The notes under the pieces were generated by a model. That model made no database searches. It had not been told where the DNA came from and worked only from the letters and a program-made list of their open reading frames with translations. Positions 35,534 through 44,423 of a stretch of DNA of 64,000 nucleotides are shown here, one piece after another. Within the stretch, counting starts at the first letter, position 1. Every line of letters starts with the position of its first letter. The position numbers were made by a program, and so were the translations under genes. The DNA comes from an uncultured Bacilli bacterium (GTDB taxonomy: Bacteria > Bacillota_I > Bacilli_A > RF39 > UBA660), in the NCBI GenBank assembly GCA_944358415.1, contig CALVRA010000004.1:3311-67310 (forward strand). The letters are read 5' to 3'.

Positions 35534-35860
35534 TTATTTTAAATCGTCAATATTTTTCTTTAATTGTTTAGCATCTTCACCAAAAATGATTTTTAATTGG
35601 TTATCTATTTCAACAATACCTTGGGCACCCATTTTTTGAATAGCTTCTTTATTAACAAGGTCAATGTTATGAAGATTAACAACAAATCTAGAACTATTTA
35701 CTTCATAATTTATTATGTTAGCAGTGCCACCTAAGTATTCAATTAATTTATTGGCTTCTAATTTAAAATCTTTACTTTTGGCTTTTAAAATAGCGAATGC
35801 TATTATTATTAATACTAAAACTATAATTGCATATTGCCATATCATGTCCATATTTATCAC
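35534..35860 (-). CDS. Membrane-anchored PTS EIIB-like domain protein lacking the phospho-Cys
   Basis: N-terminal TM helix, then 'LIEYLGGTANIINYEVNSSRFVVNL...QGIVEIDNQLKIIFG'. This resembles the glucose-type EIIB fold, but Asn/Ser replace the C-x-TRLR cysteine. Confidence 0.5.
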   Translation of the reverse strand: MINMDMIWQYAIIVLVLIIIAFAILKAKSKDFKLEANKLIEYLGGTANIINYEVNSSRFVVNLHNIDLVNKEAIQKMGAQGIVEIDNQLKIIFGEDAKQLKKNIDDLK

Positions 35861-35904
35861 CTGTTACCATTATACTATAAATTTTGTGAAATTTGAAAGA
35901 AATT

Positions 35905-36024
35905 TTAATTTATATCATCAAAAAGTAATTTGATGTCTATTTCTAAAGCATCAGCTATTCTTCCTAAGACTGTTATTGTAAATCCTCTTTGCATTTTTTT
36001 ACTTTCTATTTTAGCAATTTGTCG
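35905..36024 (-). pseudogene. 3' fragment of an XRE-family HTH gene (5' end deleted)
   Basis: The minus frame reads 'RQIAKIESKKMQRGFTITVLGRIADALEIDIKLLFDDIN*', the recognition-helix-to-C-terminus part of a Cro/C1 HTH. There is no start codon, and the fragment abuts the VR relic. Confidence 0.55.
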
Positions 36025-36198
36025 CCTTGTCCTGGTTCTTCTTACTTTGTGTTCGATGTGAATTTGGGTGGCGGCGTCAGCAACTACGGTGGCGTCAGCT
36101 TCAATACGGACGCAGTCCGGCCGCTCGTCTATCTCTCTTCATCGGTTCAAATCACAGGAGGAAATGGCAGTCAATCAAATCCATATGTTTTGGGATAA
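36019..36198 (+). pseudogene. Relic VR / C-terminal fragment of a DGR-target paralog
   Basis: GC-rich island encoding 'LSPCPGSSYFVFDVNLGGGVSNYGGVSFNTDAVRPLVYLSSSVQITGGNGSQSNPYVLG*'. Homology to the TR/VR starts at the same TTGTCGCCT boundary. There is no upstream gene body. Many differences lie at non-adenine positions, so the fragment is decayed. Confidence 0.7.
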
Positions 36199-36220
36199 GT
36201 ATTAAAAAATAGTGAAGGTT

Positions 36221-37228
36221 TTAATTACCAACACTATTTTTCTCTAATAGTTTTAACTCTTTTATAGATAATCCTGTTGCTTTAGAAATGTCATAGATAT
36301 TCATTTTCATATTAAATAAATTTTTAGCTGTTTCTCTTATACCCTCTCTTATCCCCTCTTTTATGCCTTCTTTTTTGCCTTCTTTTATGCCTTCTTTTTT
36401 GCCTTCTTTTATACCTTCTTTTTTTCCCACTTTTCTTCCTTCTATTCGTCCATGTTTGAAGCCATATTCTTTAATATTTTCTAAAACTAACGCATCTAAT
36501 TTTTCTTTCTCCCATGCATGAAGTACAAAGTTACTTTTACTCATATTTATCACATCCTTCATAAATTTTTGTAACTGTTTTTCATTTAATATTTGTTTTA
36601 AAAGTATATACATTTCAGTAAAGGTTTTCGCAGTTAAAGCTGCATTCCATATTACTTCTTTACTTCTTATACCATAAGTATAATATAACTTTTTGTAAGT
36701 TTCAAGACTTCTTATAATTGTTTTTTGTTTTATTGGGTATATTTTTTTATTTTCAATATCATAAAGTATTACTTTTTTACTAATATCTATATCTGATTTA
36801 TGGGCATTTATATTTATTTGATATAAAGAATAATGTTTTAATTTTTTGATATTTTCACCAGTTTCTAAAAGCATACTAGCTAATTTATTTAAATATAAAT
36901 TATTACGTTCCCTAACTATTTCAAATGGCATTTTATTTAATTCTATATCAATGAATATTTGATTATTTATTGATAAATACAAATCGACAATTTTATGATA
37001 TTCATCTTTATTTTCTTTATAAAGTTCGTTATTTAAAAAAGTTATTTTTGATTCTTTTTTGATATTTAAATTTAATAATGAATTTAAATAGTCTTTTAAA
37101 AGATTTTTATTTCTTTGAAAAACACTTTTGAAAACAATATCATATGTCAAATTAATTAGAGTTACTTTTTTATCCAACTCTTTTAAATAGTTTATATTTA
37201 TTTTTTCAATAGTTTGAATAACCATCAC
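36221..37228 (-). CDS. PD-(D/E)XK nuclease family 'transposase-like' protein (PDDEXK_2 / Rpn-like), second copy
   Basis: 'YDIVFKSVFQ', 'VDLYLSINNQIFIDIELNK' and a C-terminal (K/R)EGI repeat tail followed by 'NIYDISKATGLSIKELKLLE'. Paralog of 7660-8559. The two copies share a ~50-nt upstream block. Confidence 0.7.
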   Translation of the reverse strand: MMVIQTIEKININYLKELDKKVTLINLTYDIVFKSVFQRNKNLLKDYLNSLLNLNIKKESKITFLNNELYKENKDEYHKIVDLYLSINNQIFIDIELNKMPFEIVRERNNLYLNKLASMLLETGENIKKLKHYSLYQININAHKSDIDISKKVILYDIENKKIYPIKQKTIIRSLETYKKLYYTYGIRSKEVIWNAALTAKTFTEMYILLKQILNEKQLQKFMKDVINMSKSNFVLHAWEKEKLDALVLENIKEYGFKHGRIEGRKVGKKEGIKEGKKEGIKEGKKEGIKEGIREGIRETAKNLFNMKMNIYDISKATGLSIKELKLLEKNSVGN

Positions 37229-37347
37229 CTCCTATATATTAACATACGATTTTTTTGGAGGTTTTCCTTTTTGTTTTAAAAAATTTTTGGATTAAAAGTA
37301 ATTGTAAGTTTAACTTGTTTAGTGTATTATATTTATGGTGATACTTT

Positions 37348-38478
37348 ATGAAAAAGATTTCCAAGTATAAAATGGATAAATCAATTTTAATTCCAATATT
37401 AATTTTTGCAGTTATAAGTATTGTTACTTTATATGGAGCAAAAAGTATTTTACCAAGTACAATGGATCATTTAGTAACTAATCAGATTATTTGGTATATT
37501 GCTGGTTTTGTCATTATTTATTTGGTTATGACAGTTGGTAACAATTATATATACCGGATGAGCTGGCTTTTATATATAATTGGTATTATTGCTTTAATTG
37601 GTTTATTTTTCTTTGGTAAGACGATTAATGATGCGACGTGCTGGTATGAGATAAAAGGTGTTGGAACAATTCAACCTAGTGAGTTTATGAAAATTATTTT
37701 AATTATTGTTAATGCATCGATGATTTCTAAATTTAATGAGGATTTTCCTAACCCTAGTGTTAGAGAAGAATTTATGTTTTTAATTAAAATGGCAATTATT
37801 GTTTTAATTCCTAGCATTTTAACTTTTATGCAGCCAGATACTGGAGTTGTTTTAATTTATTTGCTTATTACGTTTGTGATGCTTTTTATTTCAGGAATTA
37901 GGTATAGATGGTTTATTATGATATTTGGAGTTTTGATATTTTTTGTGGTTTTAGTTTTAGGTATTTATTTTATTAGTCAAGATTTATTTATCAAAATATT
38001 TGGAACTAGTTTCTTTTTAAGGGTTGATAGACTACTTGATTGGTCTAATCAAAGCGGATATCAACTTGAAAATAGTTTGAGTGCGATTGGTTCGGCTGGT
38101 TTATTTGGGCATGGAATTACTTCTAATCCGATTTATTTTCCTGAGGCTCAAACAGATTTTATATTTGCGGTTTATGCGAGTCATTTTGGATTTATTGGTT
38201 CGGTTATTTTACTTTCACTTTTGGCGATGTTTGATATTAGATTAATTACTTTAGCTTTGAAAACTAATAAGGTTGTTAATAAATATATAATTGCTGGAGT
38301 TGTTGGGATGCTTTTATATCAGCAAATTCAAAATATTGGTATGACTTTTGGATTACTGCCAATTACAGGTATTACTTTACCTTTTATCAGCTATGGTGGT
38401 TCTAGTTTACTTAGTTATATGTTAGCTATGGGACTTATTTTTAATATTTCAAATGAGGAAATGAGATATACAAATTAA
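37348..38478 (+). CDS. FtsW/RodA/SpoVE family peptidoglycan glycosyltransferase
   Basis: 376 aa with about ten TM segments and 'IQPSEFMKI', 'QPDTG', 'TDFIFA', 'LPITGITLPFISYGGSS' SEDS motifs. Confidence 0.88.
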   Translation: MKKISKYKMDKSILIPILIFAVISIVTLYGAKSILPSTMDHLVTNQIIWYIAGFVIIYLVMTVGNNYIYRMSWLLYIIGIIALIGLFFFGKTINDATCWYEIKGVGTIQPSEFMKIILIIVNASMISKFNEDFPNPSVREEFMFLIKMAIIVLIPSILTFMQPDTGVVLIYLLITFVMLFISGIRYRWFIMIFGVLIFFVVLVLGIYFISQDLFIKIFGTSFFLRVDRLLDWSNQSGYQLENSLSAIGSAGLFGHGITSNPIYFPEAQTDFIFAVYASHFGFIGSVILLSLLAMFDIRLITLALKTNKVVNKYIIAGVVGMLLYQQIQNIGMTFGLLPITGITLPFISYGGSSLLSYMLAMGLIFNISNEEMRYTN

Positions 38479-38502
38479 AAAAATCAGGATTACCTGATTT
38501 TT

Positions 38503-38694
38503 TTACTCTTCATTATTTTCTTTTTTTGCGATAACTTCTTTACCTTTATAAGTTCCACAATTTTTACATACTCTATGTGGTTTTACAGGAGCTCCACATT
38601 TTGGGCATACTGTAACAGTTTTCGCACTTATTTTGTAATGAGTACGACGCATTCTTCCACTAGTTTTACTAACTTTTCTTGCTGGTACGGCCAT
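38503..38694 (-). CDS. rpmF: 50S ribosomal protein L32
   Basis: '[19 protein letters not shown]...[25 protein letters not shown]'. Confidence 0.93.
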   Translation of the reverse strand: MAVPARKVSKTSGRMRRTHYKISAKTVTVCPKCGAPVKPHRVCKNCGTYKGKEVIAKKENNEE

Positions 38695-38705
38695 GATAAC
38701 ACCTC

Positions 38706-39155
38706 CTATAATAAATCTTTTAACTTAGCTAGGCCATTATTTGCCTTTGACTTGCTATCGGTTATAAGTTCCCATCCCTCACCTTTTGTTTTCATATTTT
38801 TGGCTTTAGGGCTGACAATTTTCATGGGAATTTCCATTAATATATTTTCCCATATTATTGGTAAAATATCAATAGTTTTTTGTGTTTTTTTAGAGTTTTT
38901 GATTAATTCTGTTATATTTTCGTCTAAGGTAATATCAAATGGATAATCAACTGGCTCTAAAGTAAGATTACAAGGCAAAATCATTTTTCCTTGAATGTTT
39001 AAATGTAAGTTATATTCGTTATCTAAAATACCTTTTATATTGACTTCATTTAAGTCTAATATTCCGGCTTTATTTAAATCTTCTTTAGGAAAAGATATTT
39101 TTTCATTGATATCGATTTGATCTTTTACATTTAAAATATTTAAATCAAATTCCAT
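38706..39155 (-). CDS. YceD/DUF177 family protein
   Basis: 149 aa immediately upstream of rpmF, a conserved pairing. An acidic protein with a '[10 protein letters not shown]'-type motif. Confidence 0.65.
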   Translation of the reverse strand: MEFDLNILNVKDQIDINEKISFPKEDLNKAGILDLNEVNIKGILDNEYNLHLNIQGKMILPCNLTLEPVDYPFDITLDENITELIKNSKKTQKTIDILPIIWENILMEIPMKIVSPKAKNMKTKGEGWELITDSKSKANNGLAKLKDLL

Positions 39156-39241
39156 TTAATCACCTTAAACATTATATATTATTTTCTATTTAATTGCAAG
39201 AGCCGCATATTTTTAAGATATTTGGTTAAAAATAATTTTAG

Positions 39242-39730
39242 GTGAATATTATGGTTTATTTAGCAATTTTTACTTTTAAGATTATTGAGGATGCACTAGC
39301 TACTTTAAGGTTAATTGTAGTTAGTAATGGTAAAAAGAAATTAGGGGCGATTTTACAGTTTGTGGTTACTTTGATTTGGATTGTACTTACTAGTAGTGTT
39401 TTAATTGGAATGAAGGATGATATTTTTAAAGCGGTGGCTTTAGCTTTTGGAGCACTTTTTGGTTCTTATTTAGGGAGTGTTTTAGAAGAAAAAATAGCAC
39501 TTGGAACAAATAGCTTTATTGTGGAGGTTTCTTTAGATAATTCTTTTGAGTTAATTAAAATGTTAGAAGATAAGGGTTTTTTAGTTTCACGGATAAAAAG
39601 TTATAATGATGGAATGGTTATTTTAATAGTTACTGGGGCAAGAAAGAAAAGTTCTTTGGTTGTTAAGATAATTAAGTCGTTTGATAAAAATGCTTTTATT
39701 TTAAGTGAAAAGGTTAAGGTTTCTTTATAG
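39242..39730 (+). CDS. UPF0316/DUF2179 family membrane protein
   Basis: Three N-terminal TM helices plus a C-terminal ~70-aa alpha/beta domain. The layout and several blocks match the UPF0316 family. Confidence 0.6.
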   Translation: MNIMVYLAIFTFKIIEDALATLRLIVVSNGKKKLGAILQFVVTLIWIVLTSSVLIGMKDDIFKAVALAFGALFGSYLGSVLEEKIALGTNSFIVEVSLDNSFELIKMLEDKGFLVSRIKSYNDGMVILIVTGARKKSSLVVKIIKSFDKNAFILSEKVKVSL

Positions 39731-40328
39731 CATTATATATTAATTTAGGATAGTCAGTGATGATGTTTTCGTTTTGCTTTATGTTTTCTTTTTTATTAAT
39801 GGTCCATCTAAAAGTTTCTTTGTTTGGTATTTTTTTATTATAAAGGTAGTTTATAGAATTAAAGTTAAAGTCATTATTTAGATATTTTTCATTTATTTTT
39901 AAACTAATGATTAGACCTATTTTATATTTTGTTTTTGATTTTAAATAGTTAATAAAATTATAGTTAAAACTACAAATATAGTAATTTAGTTTATATTTAT
40001 TAATGGTTTTAAGTAAAATTTTAGTTATTTTTTTTATTTGTTTATTATTTATTTTAATTTCAATCATGATTATTTTATTGGAATTTATCTGTTTTAAGAC
40101 TTCATCTAAGGTGTTTAGGCCTTGTTTTCTTAGTGTTAAAGAATTGGTATGGCTTATATAATTTCCCATATAAAATGGGTCATGGTTTAATATTAGTTTA
40201 TTATCTTTAGTTAGTCTAACATCTATTTCAATGCCATCTGTATATTTACTTTTTAGACTATTCAATATAGCTTCTAAGCTATTTTCTCTATGGATATTAT
40301 CGTTTGCTCTATGGGATATTATTTTCAT
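39714..40328 (-). CDS. Glycerophosphodiester phosphodiesterase family protein
   Basis: 'IISHRANDN..RENSLEA' and 'GIEIDVRLTKDNKLILNHD' GDPD motifs. Confidence 0.7.
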   Translation of the reverse strand: MKIISHRANDNIHRENSLEAILNSLKSKYTDGIEIDVRLTKDNKLILNHDPFYMGNYISHTNSLTLRKQGLNTLDEVLKQINSNKIIMIEIKINNKQIKKITKILLKTINKYKLNYYICSFNYNFINYLKSKTKYKIGLIISLKINEKYLNNDFNFNSINYLYNKKIPNKETFRWTINKKENIKQNENIITDYPKLIYNAIKKP

Positions 40329-40353
40329 AATTAATTATATGAAAAAAAGAACT

Positions 40354-41043
40354 TTACATTCTTTTATTCATATATGGTTTAACAGTTTGATATAAAACAT
40401 TATTGATACTTTCAATATCTTTTGGATTACCTTTTTTATCTGAACATTCGATTGTTACAAAGTTATATTTTTTAGCAAGTTCTAGATAGGCTTTTTCAGC
40501 TTGATGTAAATGGTGTTCATCTTTTTCATGACCATCAGCTTTTTCTTTACGTTTTTCTTTTAATTTGTGAGCAGCACTTACTGGCATATGAAGGAAAATT
40601 GTTAAATCTGGTTTTGGTAGTTTTAAAAGGCCAAATTCAAGCTTATCTAACCAATTATACATTTTTTCTCTTTTGTTTTTATCTATAATTTTACCACCTT
40701 GGTGAGCCATATTTGAGTAGATATATCTATCTAGAATAACATTATATCCTTGGTCTAAAAGAAAGATAATTTTATCTATATTATATTTTCTATCAGCGGC
40801 ATAATATAAGGATGCGACTTTGGGATCAACTTTTGATGATCCTTCTTCAAAGTAACATTTATCGAAGCCATCTTTTCCTAAATATGGTCCACCGATGATT
40901 TTTCCAGTTGGAGAGTTATAATTTGGGAATGAAAAGTTTTGAACTTGGTACCCTTCTTCCCTTAGCTTTTTTATTAAAAGATTGGTTTGGGTTTCTTTAC
41001 CAGAACAGTCGGTTCCCTCGATGGTTATTAATTTTCCTTTCAT
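40354..41043 (-). CDS. tmk: Thymidylate kinase
   Basis: P-loop 'ITIEGTDCSGKETQ' plus the 'LDRY' motif. Adjacent to thyA. Confidence 0.85.
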   Translation of the reverse strand: MKGKLITIEGTDCSGKETQTNLLIKKLREEGYQVQNFSFPNYNSPTGKIIGGPYLGKDGFDKCYFEEGSSKVDPKVASLYYAADRKYNIDKIIFLLDQGYNVILDRYIYSNMAHQGGKIIDKNKREKMYNWLDKLEFGLLKLPKPDLTIFLHMPVSAAHKLKEKRKEKADGHEKDEHHLHQAEKAYLELAKKYNFVTIECSDKKGNPKDIESINNVLYQTVKPYMNKRM

Positions 41044-41058
41044 CTTAACGCCTCCCTA

Positions 41059-42123
41059 TTATTGTGCGAGTGGGAATCTGATTTTACCATGATGTTTATA
41101 GTTTAAAAGTTTGACATCTTTACAGTCTTTTGAATTATCATAATCGAAGAAGTTAGTTACTTCCGGATTTAACCAAAGCTGTGGTGCTTCTAAGTCTTCT
41201 AATTCTTCACCTCTTTGAATTTGCTGTTTTATTCCTTCAATTTGGTTAACATATATATGGGCATCTTTGATAGACCAATCTAAGGTGCCTGGTTTTAGAT
41301 TGTTTGTTTTAGCAAGCATATTTAAGAGTACTGAATACTGGGTTACGTTAAATGGTAAGCCTAGTGGGACATCACAACTTCTTTGATGAACCCAGGCATT
41401 TAGTTTACCATCTGTGACATCCCATTCACTAGACCAAACACATGATGGTAAAACAGCAGTATTTACATAATCGTCTTGCCATAAGCTAATGACATTTCGT
41501 CTATCGTTTGGATTTTCATTTAAGTTATTAATTAGATTTTGAATCAACTGAAATTTTCCAACGATATATCCGTAAGCTGTTCCAATGGTATGGGCATACT
41601 GTGTACCATAAAATTTAGCTTGTTTGATGTTCTTTTTTACTGTTTCTCTATCTGGATACATTTTTAAGCTATTTTCTTCGCTTAAACTTTTGGCTGTCAT
41701 GATATTTCCATTTTCATCATATTTATATTTTAATTTACCATTATGATTATGTTTTGGAACGCTATAAGGGTTTAAAACAGGAACAGTTTTATCTTTGTCA
41801 TAAGGGGTTTGTTCATTTGGGGCTTCATAAATACGATAAATACCATCTTCATCGACTTCCCATTCATCCCAGATGTGGACATTTCTTTCCTGAAGCCATC
41901 TAACATCATTACTTTGTTTTTGATAAATCCAAAGCATTTCTAATACAGCTTGTCTGATGAATAACTGTTTAGTTGTAAGAATTGGAAATTCATCTTCTAA
42001 ATCAAAGTGAAAGTGGTGAGAAGGAACTTTGATAGTATTAACTCCAGTTCTATTTTCCACTTCTGTGCCCTCTTTTAATATTCTTTTACATAAGTCCAAA
42101 TATTGTTTATCCCATTTGGCCAT
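41059..42123 (-). CDS. thyA: Thymidylate synthase (ThyA type) with a large internal insertion
   Basis: 'NRTGVNT', 'LPSC', 'HQRSCDVPLGLPFNVTQYS' and 'DAHIYVNQ' motifs. About 350 aa, versus ~264-316 aa for typical ThyA. Start at the ATG at 42123, 8 nt after GAGGAG. Confidence 0.8.
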   Translation of the reverse strand: MAKWDKQYLDLCKRILKEGTEVENRTGVNTIKVPSHHFHFDLEDEFPILTTKQLFIRQAVLEMLWIYQKQSNDVRWLQERNVHIWDEWEVDEDGIYRIYEAPNEQTPYDKDKTVPVLNPYSVPKHNHNGKLKYKYDENGNIMTAKSLSEENSLKMYPDRETVKKNIKQAKFYGTQYAHTIGTAYGYIVGKFQLIQNLINNLNENPNDRRNVISLWQDDYVNTAVLPSCVWSSEWDVTDGKLNAWVHQRSCDVPLGLPFNVTQYSVLLNMLAKTNNLKPGTLDWSIKDAHIYVNQIEGIKQQIQRGEELEDLEAPQLWLNPEVTNFFDYDNSKDCKDVKLLNYKHHGKIRFPLAQ

Positions 42124-42128
42124 TTTCA

Positions 42129-42710
42129 TCACTCCTCTATTTCATTATTATTAAATTTGACATCTAAGAATTTACGACTAGCTAGATAATCACATAAATG
42201 AACAAATCTTTGATATTTGTTTTTAGGGACTGGAAGGACTATGTTACTATAAGGATTAGTATTCCAAGGTCCCATGTGGCTTTGAATAACGTTTGAGAGA
42301 AATTCTATTTCGTCATCATTTAGATTTGTTTTATCTTTATTTTCTTTGATGTAGTTAGCCATTAAAATCGGATGATCAAATTTAACATATTTATCTTTTA
42401 TTTTACCATGTTTTAAGCCGTCGTGCATGATTAAAGCAATTATCATAAGATCTTTTTCATTTTCAGTGAATGAATAACCAATAGCTTCATCTTCTAAAAG
42501 TTCATGGGCTATTTTGACGGCTACTTTGGTATGTCTTAAAAGTCCACCATCGCCTAAGGAAAATGATGGATGATATTTACCTGTGGAACTAGCGGCTACT
42601 TCATAGAAATAATCTGGAAGTAGTTTGATAAGTTCTTCGGCAGATTTTTTATATTTTGGATTTTTGATATATGTTAGTTCTTTGTTAAAGTTTTTTTCCA
42701 TTACTATCAC
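42129..42710 (-). CDS. HD-domain phosphohydrolase
   Basis: 'LRHTKVAVKIA...MHDGLKHG' HD motif. Overlaps thyA. Confidence 0.65.
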   Translation of the reverse strand: MIVMEKNFNKELTYIKNPKYKKSAEELIKLLPDYFYEVAASSTGKYHPSFSLGDGGLLRHTKVAVKIAHELLEDEAIGYSFTENEKDLMIIALIMHDGLKHGKIKDKYVKFDHPILMANYIKENKDKTNLNDDEIEFLSNVIQSHMGPWNTNPYSNIVLPVPKNKYQRFVHLCDYLASRKFLDVKFNNNEIEE

Positions 42711-42731
42711 CTACTTAAAGCTTATCACAAA

Positions 42732-43814
42732 CTAATGTTTGTGTAAAGAAAAATCGATAAAATTTAGTAAAATTTCGTTTGATGTGTATAAATATTTTGG
42801 AGCTATAAAAATATTTGTTTTATTTTGAAGTAATAGTTTTTGATTTAGGAGTTTTTTTACTACATCTAGTTTTGTAATATCGATTTTATATTTTTGTTTA
42901 AAATTTTCTTTATTAATACCTTCTATTTTTCTAAAGCCTAAGATAAATTCGTTTTGGATTTGTTCATCTACTGATAACATTTGTTTATCTTGGATATAAT
43001 TATTGTTTAAATATTTAGTTAAATTTTTAGTGTTTTCATATCTAGTGTTATTTATATAACCACTCGCACCTAGGCCAAAACCATAATAATTTTGATTATT
43101 CCAATATACAAGGTTATGTTTTGATTGATAATTTTTTTTAGCAAAGTTACTTAATTCATACTGGATATAGTTATGTTTTTTTAAAGTTTTTTGAATTAGT
43201 TCATAGAAGTTTCTTTCTTGGTCATCATTTACTGGTTCATAGTTTTGAATATACATTTTGGTGTTTGGTTCTAGTATCAAGCAATAAGTTGATATGTGTT
43301 TAGGGTTTAGTTTTAATATTTGATTTAAGTCTTTTAATAGGTCTTCTTTTGTTTGGTTTTGAAAGCCGTACATCAGGTCTATATTTATATTTTCAAAGGT
43401 ATTAAAAGCGTTTTTTAAATTATTTATATTTAATTTTCTATTTAAGGTTTTTAAAATATCTTTATTAAAGGTTTGAATTCCAATACTTAATCTATTAACT
43501 TTATTTTTTAGAAAATTTAGTTTTTCTTTTGTTAAATCTTCCATATTTGTTTCAATGGTTATTTCAGTATCTTTTTTTATATTAAATATTTTTATTATTT
43601 GAAAAAGTTTTTTTAACTGATTGATATTTAAGGAACTTGGGGTTCCTCCTCCAATATACAAGGTTTTTATTTTTTCGCCTCGATAGTTTTTCTTTATTTC
43701 ATTTTCTAAGGCTATTAAGTATTTATCGATCCATTCATCATTTTTTAGTAATTTAGGAAAATCACAGTATGAACATATATGAGTACAAAAGGGAATATGA
43801 ATATAGACACTCAT
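42732..43814 (-). CDS. hemW: Radical SAM heme chaperone HemW (HemN-like)
   Basis: 'YIHIPFCTHICSYCDF' CxxxCxxC radical-SAM motif. Lies downstream of lepA, a conserved Firmicute order. Confidence 0.85.
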   Translation of the reverse strand: MSVYIHIPFCTHICSYCDFPKLLKNDEWIDKYLIALENEIKKNYRGEKIKTLYIGGGTPSSLNINQLKKLFQIIKIFNIKKDTEITIETNMEDLTKEKLNFLKNKVNRLSIGIQTFNKDILKTLNRKLNINNLKNAFNTFENINIDLMYGFQNQTKEDLLKDLNQILKLNPKHISTYCLILEPNTKMYIQNYEPVNDDQERNFYELIQKTLKKHNYIQYELSNFAKKNYQSKHNLVYWNNQNYYGFGLGASGYINNTRYENTKNLTKYLNNNYIQDKQMLSVDEQIQNEFILGFRKIEGINKENFKQKYKIDITKLDVVKKLLNQKLLLQNKTNIFIAPKYLYTSNEILLNFIDFSLHKH

Positions 43815-44416
43815 TTTTTGATACTTCTTTTTAATTCGTTTAAAGTTTCATAAGGAGAATGGAAGTTAAATTCACTAGTTATTTTTTCCCTCAAGGCTAA
43901 TAATATCATACGTTTATCAATTTTTATGCCTATAGGTGGGACATGTGATAAATCATATATGTATAATTTACCAATAGGTAGTTTATCTTGGTTAAAATCT
44001 TTTATTCTAGATAAAGATGTATTTTCAATTTTTTCTTTATCCTCTTTAGATTTATCAGTTAATAATTTTTGGTGTGTGAAAGATTTAGAGGCTTTGATAT
44101 AAGCTTTAGCAATTTTTTTCATTTCTTGGTTATAATTTATAGTTATTTGGTTATTTTTTAAATCATTTTCATATATTTTTTGAATTTCTATGATTTGTTT
44201 TTCAAATTCTTGATATAGTTTTTGAATGTTTTGATTTGGGTGTGTGGATGGGGTTAAATTATTATATAATTTTTTTACTTCATCAAAATCAATTTCAAAG
44301 TTTAAAGCTTTTTGAACATAATCCGGATAGTTAAAATCATCTTCTAATATTTCTTCGGGTGTTGGTGGGAGTATTACTTTGCTTTTTAATTTGGATATTT
44401 TTCTTTGAATATACAT
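43811..44416 (-). CDS. Hypothetical protein
   Basis: 201-aa ORF between lepA and hemW, with a 4-nt overlap with hemW. No recognised family. Confidence 0.5.
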   Translation of the reverse strand: MYIQRKISKLKSKVILPPTPEEILEDDFNYPDYVQKALNFEIDFDEVKKLYNNLTPSTHPNQNIQKLYQEFEKQIIEIQKIYENDLKNNQITINYNQEMKKIAKAYIKASKSFTHQKLLTDKSKEDKEKIENTSLSRIKDFNQDKLPIGKLYIYDLSHVPPIGIKIDKRMILLALREKITSEFNFHSPYETLNELKRSIKK

Positions 44417-44423
44417 AATTCAC

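Noticed and set aside
35715-35933. 72-aa plus-strand ORF spanning the start of the EIIB-like gene and the HTH fragment
   Set aside because: It is antisense to both the EIIB-like gene and the HTH remnant. It is hydrophobic and low-complexity, with no RBS.
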